IMG/VR virus record: IMGVR_UViG_3300025133_000073
Coordinates: 1 to 64,000 of that record
Source of the DNA: a virus
DNA: 64,000 nucleotides
Reading direction: 5' to 3' (one strand)
A program made the translations under genes and the position numbers. The first letter of the stretch is position 1; each line of letters starts with the position of its first letter. Shown piece by piece: positions 9,678-19,659 of this stretch. The notes below the pieces were generated by a model. It had not been told where the DNA came from. It saw only the letters and a program-made list of their open reading frames with translations, and did no database searches.

Positions 9678-11746
9678 TAATCGAATTTAATAATATCAAA
9701 ATTAGTAACTGGATTATAAAGAGAGAACTTTTTATTACCTTCCTTAGCTTCCTTTTCATATGCTCCTATCACACCTTCATAGGTCTTGTATTTACGAAGA
9801 CTATTAGGTACATTCCCAGTGTTATGTGAGAATATTGCAAGTTTCCATAATTCATTGTTGGTCAGTTTAACCTCCTTATCGTTCTTTTGGATCTTTGCCA
9901 AACGTGAGTAACTGTCCAAGAGCTTCAATTGTACAGCTTTGACGGCTGTCTTAGCACCAAGATGTCCTATATCTTTAAGATTGGATTTATTGATACCATA
10001 ATAATCTCTCTGCTCCTTTGAAAAGTTAGTTCTCGGTTTCGTACGACTTGGTCCTGCAGAAGCTTCTTCACCTCCGAATGCCTCACGCATATCAGCAACG
10101 GGACCAAGTAGATCACGGACCCATTTATAATACTTCAGTGTACCTCCTCCGCTTTCCTGATTGATTATCAGTACAGAAGCTCTCATGAGTTCCTGCTGAT
10201 TCTTGTATGATAGATCAATTCCCTCAGCATTTGCGAGCTGTGCAGAATAATGCTTGGCATATCCCGTCATTACATTCATGTCGGTGGTCAAAAGAGCTGA
10301 ATCAGAATTCTTTATACCTTCCACATTATTCATCATTGAGGTATATTGAGACATCTTGATCTCTTTAGAGAAGTCGTCATTGTTGGAAGCAGCGTGTATG
10401 ATAAGACCATTCTTGTTCTTACCTGTAATGAGCTGTTCAAGAGGGGTACGTTTAATACCTCCATATTTATGCATTACAAACTTTTTACCTTGCGCATCTT
10501 CGACAATATAACCGAAATGCGAACCAGGCGTCTGATCACGAGTATCATCCCATGCCTCATTGGAAAAAGAACTTCCTGGATTATAGATGTTCACTACAGA
10601 AGTAGGAGAAAGACTCTCAAGGATCTCTCTTCGAGCAGGATCTTTAGGATCAACTGCAGTTTCCATAAGTGTATCTATCACTTTCCCACGTCGTGAACGT
10701 GCTCCCATTTTTACATCGTATGATTCCTGAAGCTTTTTCCGCTCAAACTTTCTAAGCTTTCTTCCTGTATCAGGGTGACGCTCTCCAAGGTCAAGTTCTG
10801 TCTGCACCATGAACTCTGTCTCTTCAAGGGACGTTATAGAAGGCATACGATTGTTCTCATTGAATATGGACCATACCTTTCTATACTGATCAGGCATGTG
10901 TTCCATTCGTTCCCATGCATCTCCTGTAGTAGAAGTAGGTTTGTCTATTTTGATATCATACTTATTTATCAGTTCATCACATACAAACTTGGTACACTGA
11001 GGTCCTACAGCATCTGAAGCATTTTCTGGCTTCTCTGTAAATTGTTTTCTGCCTCCTTTGATCGTACCTACCTTATTGGCACCTATTGAGAACTTAGCAG
11101 GATCAATATCGTCAGACTCTTCAAAACCCTCTACTCCTGTAAGCAGCCTATCAGGTTCAAAGTAATTTATCATGGCCTCACCTGATTCATTTGCGTTGAT
11201 GACAACTTCAGGAAGATTAGTAGTCATGGATAAATATTCTCCGTCTTCGTCAAATGATTCACCTGCGACATTCTTATAATTGTTCCCATCCGCAATAGAA
11301 GTAGGTTTCCCTTGTAAAGTTCGTTTATGCAGTCTTCTCGCTTTTGCTTGGTTGTATACCTCATCCGTAGAAGCAATATCAAAATTACGTGTTTCATCAG
11401 GGGTATTGACCCATTTGTCAAAGTCAAAATCCTTAACATCCTGAATGACACCTTCTGTGGTCTTCTTGGTTTCCTTATATATATCTGAATCTTTGACAGC
11501 ATTTATCATTCTGAAAAACGGATTCTTATTCTCAGGATCAGGTTGATTCTGTATTACAGAGCCATCCTGAGCAATAGAAGCAGCCTTAGGAAGTCTTGAT
11601 ACTTCACCATCAACACATTCATTGCATCCTGACTTTATGAGTGATTTGATATGAGCAACCTTTCCTCTTGGAATGATCACAATATCCCCATGACTGTTAC
11701 GAAGAGCGATCTCTCCTCCCTGTACTTCTACTTTAGTCTGTGCCAT
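9677..11746 (-). CDS. Virion cargo protein with putative NlpC/P60(CHAP)-like and lysozyme/SLT-like peptidoglycan hydrolase domains
   Basis: GPQCTKFV...GDAW...SHFG...VMH (Cys-His papain-like pattern). C-terminal IINQESGGG...SAGPS...AIFSHNTG (lysozyme-like ES...G...Y/HN-G pattern). Confidence 0.6.
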   Translation of the reverse strand: MAQTKVEVQGGEIALRNSHGDIVIIPRGKVAHIKSLIKSGCNECVDGEVSRLPKAASIAQDGSVIQNQPDPENKNPFFRMINAVKDSDIYKETKKTTEGVIQDVKDFDFDKWVNTPDETRNFDIASTDEVYNQAKARRLHKRTLQGKPTSIADGNNYKNVAGESFDEDGEYLSMTTNLPEVVINANESGEAMINYFEPDRLLTGVEGFEESDDIDPAKFSIGANKVGTIKGGRKQFTEKPENASDAVGPQCTKFVCDELINKYDIKIDKPTSTTGDAWERMEHMPDQYRKVWSIFNENNRMPSITSLEETEFMVQTELDLGERHPDTGRKLRKFERKKLQESYDVKMGARSRRGKVIDTLMETAVDPKDPARREILESLSPTSVVNIYNPGSSFSNEAWDDTRDQTPGSHFGYIVEDAQGKKFVMHKYGGIKRTPLEQLITGKNKNGLIIHAASNNDDFSKEIKMSQYTSMMNNVEGIKNSDSALLTTDMNVMTGYAKHYSAQLANAEGIDLSYKNQQELMRASVLIINQESGGGTLKYYKWVRDLLGPVADMREAFGGEEASAGPSRTKPRTNFSKEQRDYYGINKSNLKDIGHLGAKTAVKAVQLKLLDSYSRLAKIQKNDKEVKLTNNELWKLAIFSHNTGNVPNSLRKYKTYEGVIGAYEKEAKEGNKKFSLYNPVTNFDIIKFD

Positions 11747-14700
11747 CTTCTGTTGCTTTCTTTACTAATGTTCCTCCTACTAAGAATGGTGCTACGGCAT
11801 ATACAGACTTTAAAAGTTTCTTCAGGTCTTTAGCACTTCTTCGACTTACTAATTCTGTAATATCATGATGTGCTGTAGAATGCTCAGTACTTGCGGTTTC
11901 TTTTTTCAACTTCTTTATCATACCATCAGTAATCTCATCACCATGATCCCATAGACCTAACTTTTTCAGATGATTCAGCGTTCGTACACCTCTTACTTGT
12001 TGTTCTCTATCGAGATCAAGATATGCTTGAAAATCTTGTTGAGAAGGACTTCCATATGTAGGATCTTTTTTCATTGGAATACCTCTAAAAGCTTCTTCTT
12101 CTCTTAACCATGCTGATGAATGAATCATTTCATGATTTATGTCCTCTTCTAACTTTTTAAGAAGCTCAGGAGTGAGTTCGCCACCGTCATATGATAAATT
12201 AATATCACTACCTAATGAAGTACCTTCCTCCTTTAATCGTGAAGGATCAATACCTTTAGTATCTCTCCATTGCACTTTTGCATTTTTAAGTTCTTCAATC
12301 ATTTCTTTCTGTAACGCCAATGCTTGCTGAGGAGTTTCGTCAGGTACAGCATTCATTCTTCGTGTTAACCATTCGTCAGAACGTAACCATTTAAGATGCG
12401 TCTTTCGTCCTTTTTCTACAATATTTTGTAATTCTACCGATGGAGTTTTTAATACAGGAAAGTCAGCTAACGGTATTTTATAAGCATTTTTCATTGAAGC
12501 ATTGAATTTTTTAGTAACAAAAGCTGGATCGACATTTTTATGCAAGTGCTCCCATGTCATTCGAGGAAGTCTCGTCATTTCATATATCTCATCATCTGGA
12601 AGTTTTAATAGGTCTTCTATGTCTTTTGGAAGAACTATATCATCAAGTTTATCAAATTTACCAACTTTAGGGCGAGATTGATAAATATTAGGATCAGCCA
12701 TATCAAATTCTCCACTATTGCCCTTAGCTGATTTGACAAAGTTACCAGGTCTATTATTTATTATTCTGACATTTCCTATTCCGCTATCGTCAATATCTCG
12801 TAACTTAACATTGTCAATTCCCTCTTCAACCATATATTCGCCTATCTCATCAGTTGACGTACGCCCTTTCCTCCATGTATCTGGTCCAAATCTCTTCTTT
12901 ATATTCTTTGCTACGTCATTATCTAAAGGACGAGGAGCATTTAAAAGACCTTCCATATACTCTATTGCTTCTTCTCCATTAAATATCGAGTCCTCTAATT
13001 CTTTTAATGTCCACCCATTCTTATCTACTTTCTTTCCAGACGCTTTCATTTCTTCAATTGATTTTTTTCTAATATCAATCACTTCCTTTTGCCTCTTTAT
13101 GTTATATATATAGTCCCTGTCTTTATAAGTACTTTTATGATTAACATCCAAATGTGCCCAATTCTGACCTCTAAGGTCAAAATCTGCAGAATTATCAGAG
13201 TTCTTCAGATAAAGCTCATTGACACCGCCCCCTTTATTATCCGCTCCTTTTATTATTTCTTTCTTGCTATGTGGAGCGTAATTACGAGCTAAATCTTTAT
13301 TCTCACTTGAAAAAAGAAGTTGTCCTTTTTCTGGTCGATCAGACTTAGTTCCTCTATAAACAACATCTGCATCATCAGGAAAAGCCTTCTTGAAATTCTT
13401 ACTTCTCTGCTGTACAAATTGTTCAGGACTGCCTCTAAAATCAGAACCGTCAGCATTCTTCATCCAAGTACCGTCAGCTTTTGTAGTAGCTTCTATGGTA
13501 TTGTATTCTTTCATCAGAGCTTTGTTCTTAGGGATCTTCTTATTCCATTTACCCCAATTTATCTCAGATGCAAATTTCTTTGAAGCGTTGGCCTTATGAA
13601 GCAGACCACTTGCCTGAGAGAACTTACCCACCTTCATCAAATGTCTAAATTTAGCAGCAATACCAATACCTGCAAAATTAGTCAGGTCTGTAACCATATC
13701 AGCTATAAAGCCCGCATCGTTCTGTTTACCTTTTAAACCATCCGTAAAATTGTAATTAGTGCCGTCAGCGTTTTTCCAATCAGTAATACCTAATGAATTA
13801 AGTAAACCCTGCGCAGGTTTAGATACTACCCCTCCTGCACCTTCAAGAGCGTCTAATACAGTAGCATTTTCATGTTCTTCTTCTGTATATCGTTTATTCT
13901 TAGGTCCCTTTGGTACTCCTTGTGCATATGTACCTGTTCCCATACCTTCATCTATCTTATCCCAATAGGTCTTAGAGGTCTTATCCCAAGCTATACTACC
14001 TGTAATATATTCCTGTTCTTTATCAGAGAGAGATGCCATATATGCCTCAGCATCGGTATTTCTGTCATAAGGTTTGCTTTTAAGAATCTGTTTACTCACT
14101 TGTTCTTTTACATATGTATCCCGTTCAGTATTATGCATAGCTTCCAATACGTCACCTGTAGCAGGATCGCCGTCTTTAAACCAAACAGAACGTTCAAATT
14201 TTGGATATTTCTTTATAGCCTTCCTTTCTGCTGTGAGCCATTCGGGAGCTACGTCAGAAGCAATAGCCTCAGGCTGCGTCCCTCCTGAATATATAGGATC
14301 AGTATTATCTTCTATTTCATCAGAAGCAAGTACAAGACCTTCTTCTGCAGACATGGTACCCTGCTTATTGGTAAGTGATATGCCACCCTTTTTGCTTACA
14401 GCTATGTCAATACCTCCCTGTGCGTGAGATTTGCCTTTGAACTCTCTTACTACTCTCCAATCTCCTCCTGGAGTAAAACCGAACTGTCCTCCATCTGCCA
14501 TGCATGGATTACCTGTCTGATCATCTACAAGTTGAGCCTTTCCTGTACTTAGAAGTCGTTGTATATTCGCTTCATCTATAGGATTGACAGTTTGTGGAGA
14601 GTCTTTCGATGCTTCCTTCTTACCGAATAGAACGTGTCTCTTTTCCGCATAGGCATATTCAGATAGGTCCATGACATATGCGCTTGCTGAATTTGTAAGT

Positions 14701-17700
14701 CCTCCTACAGAAGGTGCGTATTTGAGTGTCACACCATCTATCTTCTTCATTGCGTTATACAAAGCACCTATTTCATAAGGTTTATTGCGAGTAAACTGCA
14801 ACATGGTACGTGTCCATCTGTCTTTGATGTTCTTCCATGATTTGAATGCCTGTTCAGTATTTGCAGCATTCTTATCCACATAACTTCTCGCTTCTTTTGC
14901 AGCCTGTCCTGATGTAGTAAAACTTTCCACATCTATACTTGGATCATTTTGCAATATCTGCTTCCATGCGTCTAACTTAAGAGGTTCTACAACACGATTG
15001 AGTTCTGCATTGAATATTTTATCATACGCTTTCTTTGACATGATCTCAACACTGCCTGTGCCGTCAAGTCTATTATATTCTCCTGACATCGGATCTATTG
15101 CATACTGCATGTTTCCCACAACAAAATAGTTGTACGGAACTATCAGTTCATCAGGACCTGCATAAATAGCAGCGGTCTGAGTATTACTTTGAAGATGTCT
15201 TGTAGCATCAAATCCTGAAAACAATAAAGGAACATGCTTTCCATTCTCCTTAATATGCTTCTTGATCAGATGATGCACCAAAGGTGTAAAATAGGTCATA
15301 TACTTATCAAGATCAGCTACTTCTTCCTCAAGCATGGTATCAAGATCGATCTTCACATTCTGCTTTTTCGATTCTCCTAACTCCATCACTTCTTCAGGAG
15401 TTGCATTACTTCTATTATTGAATTGAGCATTGACAGCTTCATAAGCTGCTTCACGTGATCTGAAAGTAGAGTAAGGGATCAAAGAAGATTCCCATTGTTC
15501 TGTAGCACCTGCAAAAGGAACCATAGGCATTTTTGATATACTGTTCTTCAGTAATTTTTCTCTTTCTCCTTCAGTTGAAAGTAATTCAGGTCCACGGGTC
15601 TGAAGACCTGCATTGAGGACCTCAAGCATTGAATGAATACTCTTCATCATGGTCTCGAATGTAGAAAAGTCCATCAAGGAAAGATTCTCTTTACTCTCAC
15701 GGGCAGCAAGATTCAAATTAAGTCTGAACATCTCATCCTTTCTTACTTTAAGAAGTCTGTTCAACTTGTGAGTAATTATAGGAGCCTCCATGGATAACGA
15801 TGATGTCAGCGACTTCGCCTTTCGTCGTTTTTTAAAGGATATACCCATGTTCGTATCTCTCTCAGCTGTCACTGCGGTAGGGGTAGAGAATCCATGTAGA
15901 TCAAGATTGTGCTTACCATAATCTCTTCTCATTCGTTTGATCGCCTCTTCTATCATTTCTGTATAGATCTGATCATCGATCTCAGCATGAGGAGTATAAT
16001 CTTCAGGATTTTCACGCCTCGCCAATGCGTCGTATTCATAATTATCAAGTTCATGCTCAGTAAAAAATTCCTTAAAGCCTCCTCTATTTACGATGGTTGC
16101 CATTCGTAATTTAGCATTGAGGATCGCATTGATCTGCCCCTGTTTTGTCTCTCTTTCTTTAATGAGAATCGCATTATCTCCCATTAGATTCATATCCTCT
16201 TTAGCGCGGTCAATAGCTATTGAATAAGAACTATGCATGTCGGTAGCATCTGTTACGATCCCCTTCATATGTTCCAACATATCAGAAAACGCTCTCTCAG
16301 GTCCCAACATATCAGCAGTTATATTCTGAAGTATTGATGACCATGATATAGGAAAGTATTTTTGAGCGACCATATGTAGAATTTCAGATGTAGGTACAGG
16401 GGTGATATCCCGTTTATTACCCTCAGTTCTGATCAGATCTTTTATTACCGCAACCTGTCTGTCAACATCCGCAGTAAATGTGCTTGTCATTCTTTCAACC
16501 TGCGATTTGCTCATGTCAGCACCGTCACGCTCTCTACGTTTCATCAACAGATACTCAATGACATCACTCTGGATCTCATGTAACATCACCTTCTTATTGC
16601 CTACATTATCCTGAAAAGGAGTAAGTGATCCCCATGCGATAGGTCCTGATTTCCAATGCTTTCCTAATAAGTTATCGCTTTGGTATTCAAGTTTTGCATC
16701 ATTGAATCGTATCGAGATCTTAGAATGCCTGGTTTCAGGAGTTATGTTACTGAATGCGTTACTGATCCCATAGGTACTCCACGCAGGATTGATGTCGAGC
16801 TCCGATAAGAACCCTAACTCCCAATTCGCTTGAAGATAATTATGCGCTTCATTCACAAATTCTTCTGCAGTAATGGTCTTCATATTAGGATTCTCATCCT
16901 TGATCAACTTCTGTACTTCAGTAAGGATCTCCTTCTCAGGCTTTTTCATTCCATCAACACTGATAGGTGATGACAGTGAAATAGGATTCTTCGCATACTT
17001 CTGCAATAAAGCAGGAAACACCTTTAATGTAGGTGTGACAGATTCATATTTCCCCTTCGCTTTCTCTTCTTTTGAGAGATCAACTGTCTTAACTATGTTA
17101 TTTGACCCATAAGAAGCAGGATTGAGACTCCTGAGTCTCTCAACATGTTCAGGAATACGATTGGTAGTAAGCTTGAACAACTTATCAAGAGTTCTATTCA
17201 TGAATTTAGACCTCTTCTTAAAGTATGTGGTCATCCATTTTTTATTATGCCTATTTGCTTCTTCTGCTCTTAATACTGCTTCTCTCTGTCTTTCTGTATA
17301 TTGAGGAATGTTCTCAGTGACCCAATTTATCATCTCAGTAGATGTATGGAATACATGAATATCTGATTTACCATTCACCTGTAATTTGTAAGAATTATCA
17401 TTGGTTCCTGATATTTTGGATACCTTAATAAGGTCTTGAATATTATTCAATGCATCAGAAACGTCTATAGACCCTCCCGCCTGCAAGCTGTCCCATAATG
17501 CGTCATTTTCTTCAGGTGATAATAGGTCTGAAGTGTCATTGGCAAGTATCTTGATCGCAGCAACATGCACTGGGTCAGAAGTAAATAATGACTTTGCCAA
17601 TGCGACAAGCTCTCTCAACGTCTTTATGAATTTCTGATAGAAAGAAGAAGGCTTCGCACCATGTACGGTCTCAAGACGTTTTATCTCTTCTGCAATGACC

Positions 17701-19658
17701 TGTCCTATTGCTTCTTCTAATAGGGCATTTAGCGCAGTACTACTATTTATCATAGAGCCCACTTTAGAAAGACCTCCGTTGTAACGAGGATCTCTTTTAA
17801 GCTCCTCATATTTTGCTAAGACCTTCTCATCTATCTTAAGAGCTTTTGCTAAAGGATGTCCTGAATTAGCAATAAGAGAATACCACCAGTGAGCAGCTTC
17901 CTCAGGAAGTTTATTCCATGCTTCGGCTCTATCGCTATCAAGTATATCAACTGTTCTGTCTATGAAATTAGCTGCCGCAATAGCATCTTCCACAAGAGTA
18001 CCGTCAGTGCCTGAAATACCTTCTACGAGTCTTATATCTACTCCTATGGCATCAAGGAAAGAGGTCATATTATCAAGAGTATTCAAATGAAACTCAAGCT
18101 TCTTATCATCTGTAGTATCAATGCCTGCAGGATCCTCAATTATCTGAGCAATGTTTCTATTTGAGTCCAGAAAACGTTGTGATGCTTTTCCTATCATGTC
18201 CTCATTCATACTATGTGTAGGCATTCCCTTTACTATTGCTCTATTGATCATCGTAGGGAAATGCTCCATCAAAGTGCTCATTTTATTCCAAGGACCGTTA
18301 GGACGGGGATAAGATATTTCACGAACGAGAGGCTCATGTCTTTCCATGATAGTGTCTCGATTCTCCAAGATCTTCTTGTGATCCGTACTCGTGATCTCAT
18401 GTAGTGAGATTATACTCGCTATCCTAAGCTGAGTACTCAATATCATTGCGACATCATTATTGGAAAGACCAACATTGAAAGCATGTGCCGTTGTTTCAAG
18501 CTCTGATGCGTATGTGAACTTCCTTGTAAGAATATCCTTGACCCGATTGATATTATCCTTGTCTGAACTATCGTTCGGAACAGGTTTCGTATAATATTGA
18601 TTGGCAATTGATACAAGAGAAGGTTTAGACATTAGAGAAGTCGCACTCAATGCATCTGGATACGCATCATTCTCCCACTGCTCCATTACATCATTGATAT
18701 AAGGTATTGCCTCAGGAACATAATGTCTGAGATTGTCTATCATCATTATCTGAGCAATTGTAGTATGGTCAGATGGAGTATCTGCCAATAGATCATTACT
18801 CCCACTCAATGCGTCAGCTACCGATTCAAGAATGATACTCATTCTATCTCTCACTCTTATGACAGTATCTTCATTTATACCATCTTCCCTCGCTTCTGTC
18901 GTATAACCTCTTCTAAGAACTTTTATATGCTCATTGAACCAGTTATCGACCTGAGGCAGTCCAAGGATGTTTGTAGTGGTCAGAACAGAAAGCGCATCTT
19001 TCAGCGACTCAGGAGCGACCTTTCTGAATTCACTTAAAGGGTTGCGTACGGTACTCTCAACGAGATCAGTAACGATCTCTGTCCCATATGTACTTGCAGC
19101 TGTAGTGCCTAATATGTGCTCACCACTTGGTACAGGAACCACATTAGCAGGATTTTCTATGATCATCCTCTTCAGTTCACTTGAAGAAACCCTACTTAGA
19201 GATAGTTGCAGGTAAGGAAATTCCATTGGACCATCTAAGATCAATGCATCTACATTGGCATCTGTATATCGGGCTTTTATAGTTAACATCTTAAGCTTAT
19301 TGAAACGAAAGCCGTCAATACTTCCTGGTTTCTCTTGGAATGTAGGGTTGCTCTTAGCGAATGGTTCCCTTCTTTTGCTTTCCTTATCAATAATGTAGCT
19401 GCTCTCAACATATTTTCCAGAATTGAACTTTTCAGAAATATAGTCTCTTTCTTCTTTTGAGATCTTAAAACCTGTTGATTGAAAAGTTTCAGCAAAGATC
19501 CTATCATACATTTTGTCAATGTACTTATCAACTATGTGCATAGGCGGAACCTCTTCACCATAGTGAATGAATACCTTATAGGCATTGACATCACCGAGAG
19601 ATGACGATAGTGCTTCCCACTCCTTTGACGTCTTTACGGGGCATGATCTTGCAGGCAT
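11733..19658 (-). CDS. Polyvalent virion cargo protein (2641 aa): degenerate zincin, EIQSD domain, ART-PolyVal-like domain, C-terminal HExxH zincin
   Basis: N-terminal SCP..KEW..L. Motifs LPEEAAH, LHEIQSD, GKSHAQGGI, VVYRGT...LFSS...ARNYA...VKSAKGNSGEFD...PNIY, and NHEMIH...EQQVR. Confidence 0.7.
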   Translation of the reverse strand: MPARSCPVKTSKEWEALSSSLGDVNAYKVFIHYGEEVPPMHIVDKYIDKMYDRIFAETFQSTGFKISKEERDYISEKFNSGKYVESSYIIDKESKRREPFAKSNPTFQEKPGSIDGFRFNKLKMLTIKARYTDANVDALILDGPMEFPYLQLSLSRVSSSELKRMIIENPANVVPVPSGEHILGTTAASTYGTEIVTDLVESTVRNPLSEFRKVAPESLKDALSVLTTTNILGLPQVDNWFNEHIKVLRRGYTTEAREDGINEDTVIRVRDRMSIILESVADALSGSNDLLADTPSDHTTIAQIMMIDNLRHYVPEAIPYINDVMEQWENDAYPDALSATSLMSKPSLVSIANQYYTKPVPNDSSDKDNINRVKDILTRKFTYASELETTAHAFNVGLSNNDVAMILSTQLRIASIISLHEITSTDHKKILENRDTIMERHEPLVREISYPRPNGPWNKMSTLMEHFPTMINRAIVKGMPTHSMNEDMIGKASQRFLDSNRNIAQIIEDPAGIDTTDDKKLEFHLNTLDNMTSFLDAIGVDIRLVEGISGTDGTLVEDAIAAANFIDRTVDILDSDRAEAWNKLPEEAAHWWYSLIANSGHPLAKALKIDEKVLAKYEELKRDPRYNGGLSKVGSMINSSTALNALLEEAIGQVIAEEIKRLETVHGAKPSSFYQKFIKTLRELVALAKSLFTSDPVHVAAIKILANDTSDLLSPEENDALWDSLQAGGSIDVSDALNNIQDLIKVSKISGTNDNSYKLQVNGKSDIHVFHTSTEMINWVTENIPQYTERQREAVLRAEEANRHNKKWMTTYFKKRSKFMNRTLDKLFKLTTNRIPEHVERLRSLNPASYGSNNIVKTVDLSKEEKAKGKYESVTPTLKVFPALLQKYAKNPISLSSPISVDGMKKPEKEILTEVQKLIKDENPNMKTITAEEFVNEAHNYLQANWELGFLSELDINPAWSTYGISNAFSNITPETRHSKISIRFNDAKLEYQSDNLLGKHWKSGPIAWGSLTPFQDNVGNKKVMLHEIQSDVIEYLLMKRRERDGADMSKSQVERMTSTFTADVDRQVAVIKDLIRTEGNKRDITPVPTSEILHMVAQKYFPISWSSILQNITADMLGPERAFSDMLEHMKGIVTDATDMHSSYSIAIDRAKEDMNLMGDNAILIKERETKQGQINAILNAKLRMATIVNRGGFKEFFTEHELDNYEYDALARRENPEDYTPHAEIDDQIYTEMIEEAIKRMRRDYGKHNLDLHGFSTPTAVTAERDTNMGISFKKRRKAKSLTSSLSMEAPIITHKLNRLLKVRKDEMFRLNLNLAARESKENLSLMDFSTFETMMKSIHSMLEVLNAGLQTRGPELLSTEGEREKLLKNSISKMPMVPFAGATEQWESSLIPYSTFRSREAAYEAVNAQFNNRSNATPEEVMELGESKKQNVKIDLDTMLEEEVADLDKYMTYFTPLVHHLIKKHIKENGKHVPLLFSGFDATRHLQSNTQTAAIYAGPDELIVPYNYFVVGNMQYAIDPMSGEYNRLDGTGSVEIMSKKAYDKIFNAELNRVVEPLKLDAWKQILQNDPSIDVESFTTSGQAAKEARSYVDKNAANTEQAFKSWKNIKDRWTRTMLQFTRNKPYEIGALYNAMKKIDGVTLKYAPSVGGLTNSASAYVMDLSEYAYAEKRHVLFGKKEASKDSPQTVNPIDEANIQRLLSTGKAQLVDDQTGNPCMADGGQFGFTPGGDWRVVREFKGKSHAQGGIDIAVSKKGGISLTNKQGTMSAEEGLVLASDEIEDNTDPIYSGGTQPEAIASDVAPEWLTAERKAIKKYPKFERSVWFKDGDPATGDVLEAMHNTERDTYVKEQVSKQILKSKPYDRNTDAEAYMASLSDKEQEYITGSIAWDKTSKTYWDKIDEGMGTGTYAQGVPKGPKNKRYTEEEHENATVLDALEGAGGVVSKPAQGLLNSLGITDWKNADGTNYNFTDGLKGKQNDAGFIADMVTDLTNFAGIGIAAKFRHLMKVGKFSQASGLLHKANASKKFASEINWGKWNKKIPKNKALMKEYNTIEATTKADGTWMKNADGSDFRGSPEQFVQQRSKNFKKAFPDDADVVYRGTKSDRPEKGQLLFSSENKDLARNYAPHSKKEIIKGADNKGGGVNELYLKNSDNSADFDLRGQNWAHLDVNHKSTYKDRDYIYNIKRQKEVIDIRKKSIEEMKASGKKVDKNGWTLKELEDSIFNGEEAIEYMEGLLNAPRPLDNDVAKNIKKRFGPDTWRKGRTSTDEIGEYMVEEGIDNVKLRDIDDSGIGNVRIINNRPGNFVKSAKGNSGEFDMADPNIYQSRPKVGKFDKLDDIVLPKDIEDLLKLPDDEIYEMTRLPRMTWEHLHKNVDPAFVTKKFNASMKNAYKIPLADFPVLKTPSVELQNIVEKGRKTHLKWLRSDEWLTRRMNAVPDETPQQALALQKEMIEELKNAKVQWRDTKGIDPSRLKEEGTSLGSDINLSYDGGELTPELLKKLEEDINHEMIHSSAWLREEEAFRGIPMKKDPTYGSPSQQDFQAYLDLDREQQVRGVRTLNHLKKLGLWDHGDEITDGMIKKLKKETASTEHSTAHHDITELVSRRSAKDLKKLLKSVYAVAPFLVGGTLVKKATEDGTD

Positions 19659-19659
19659 A

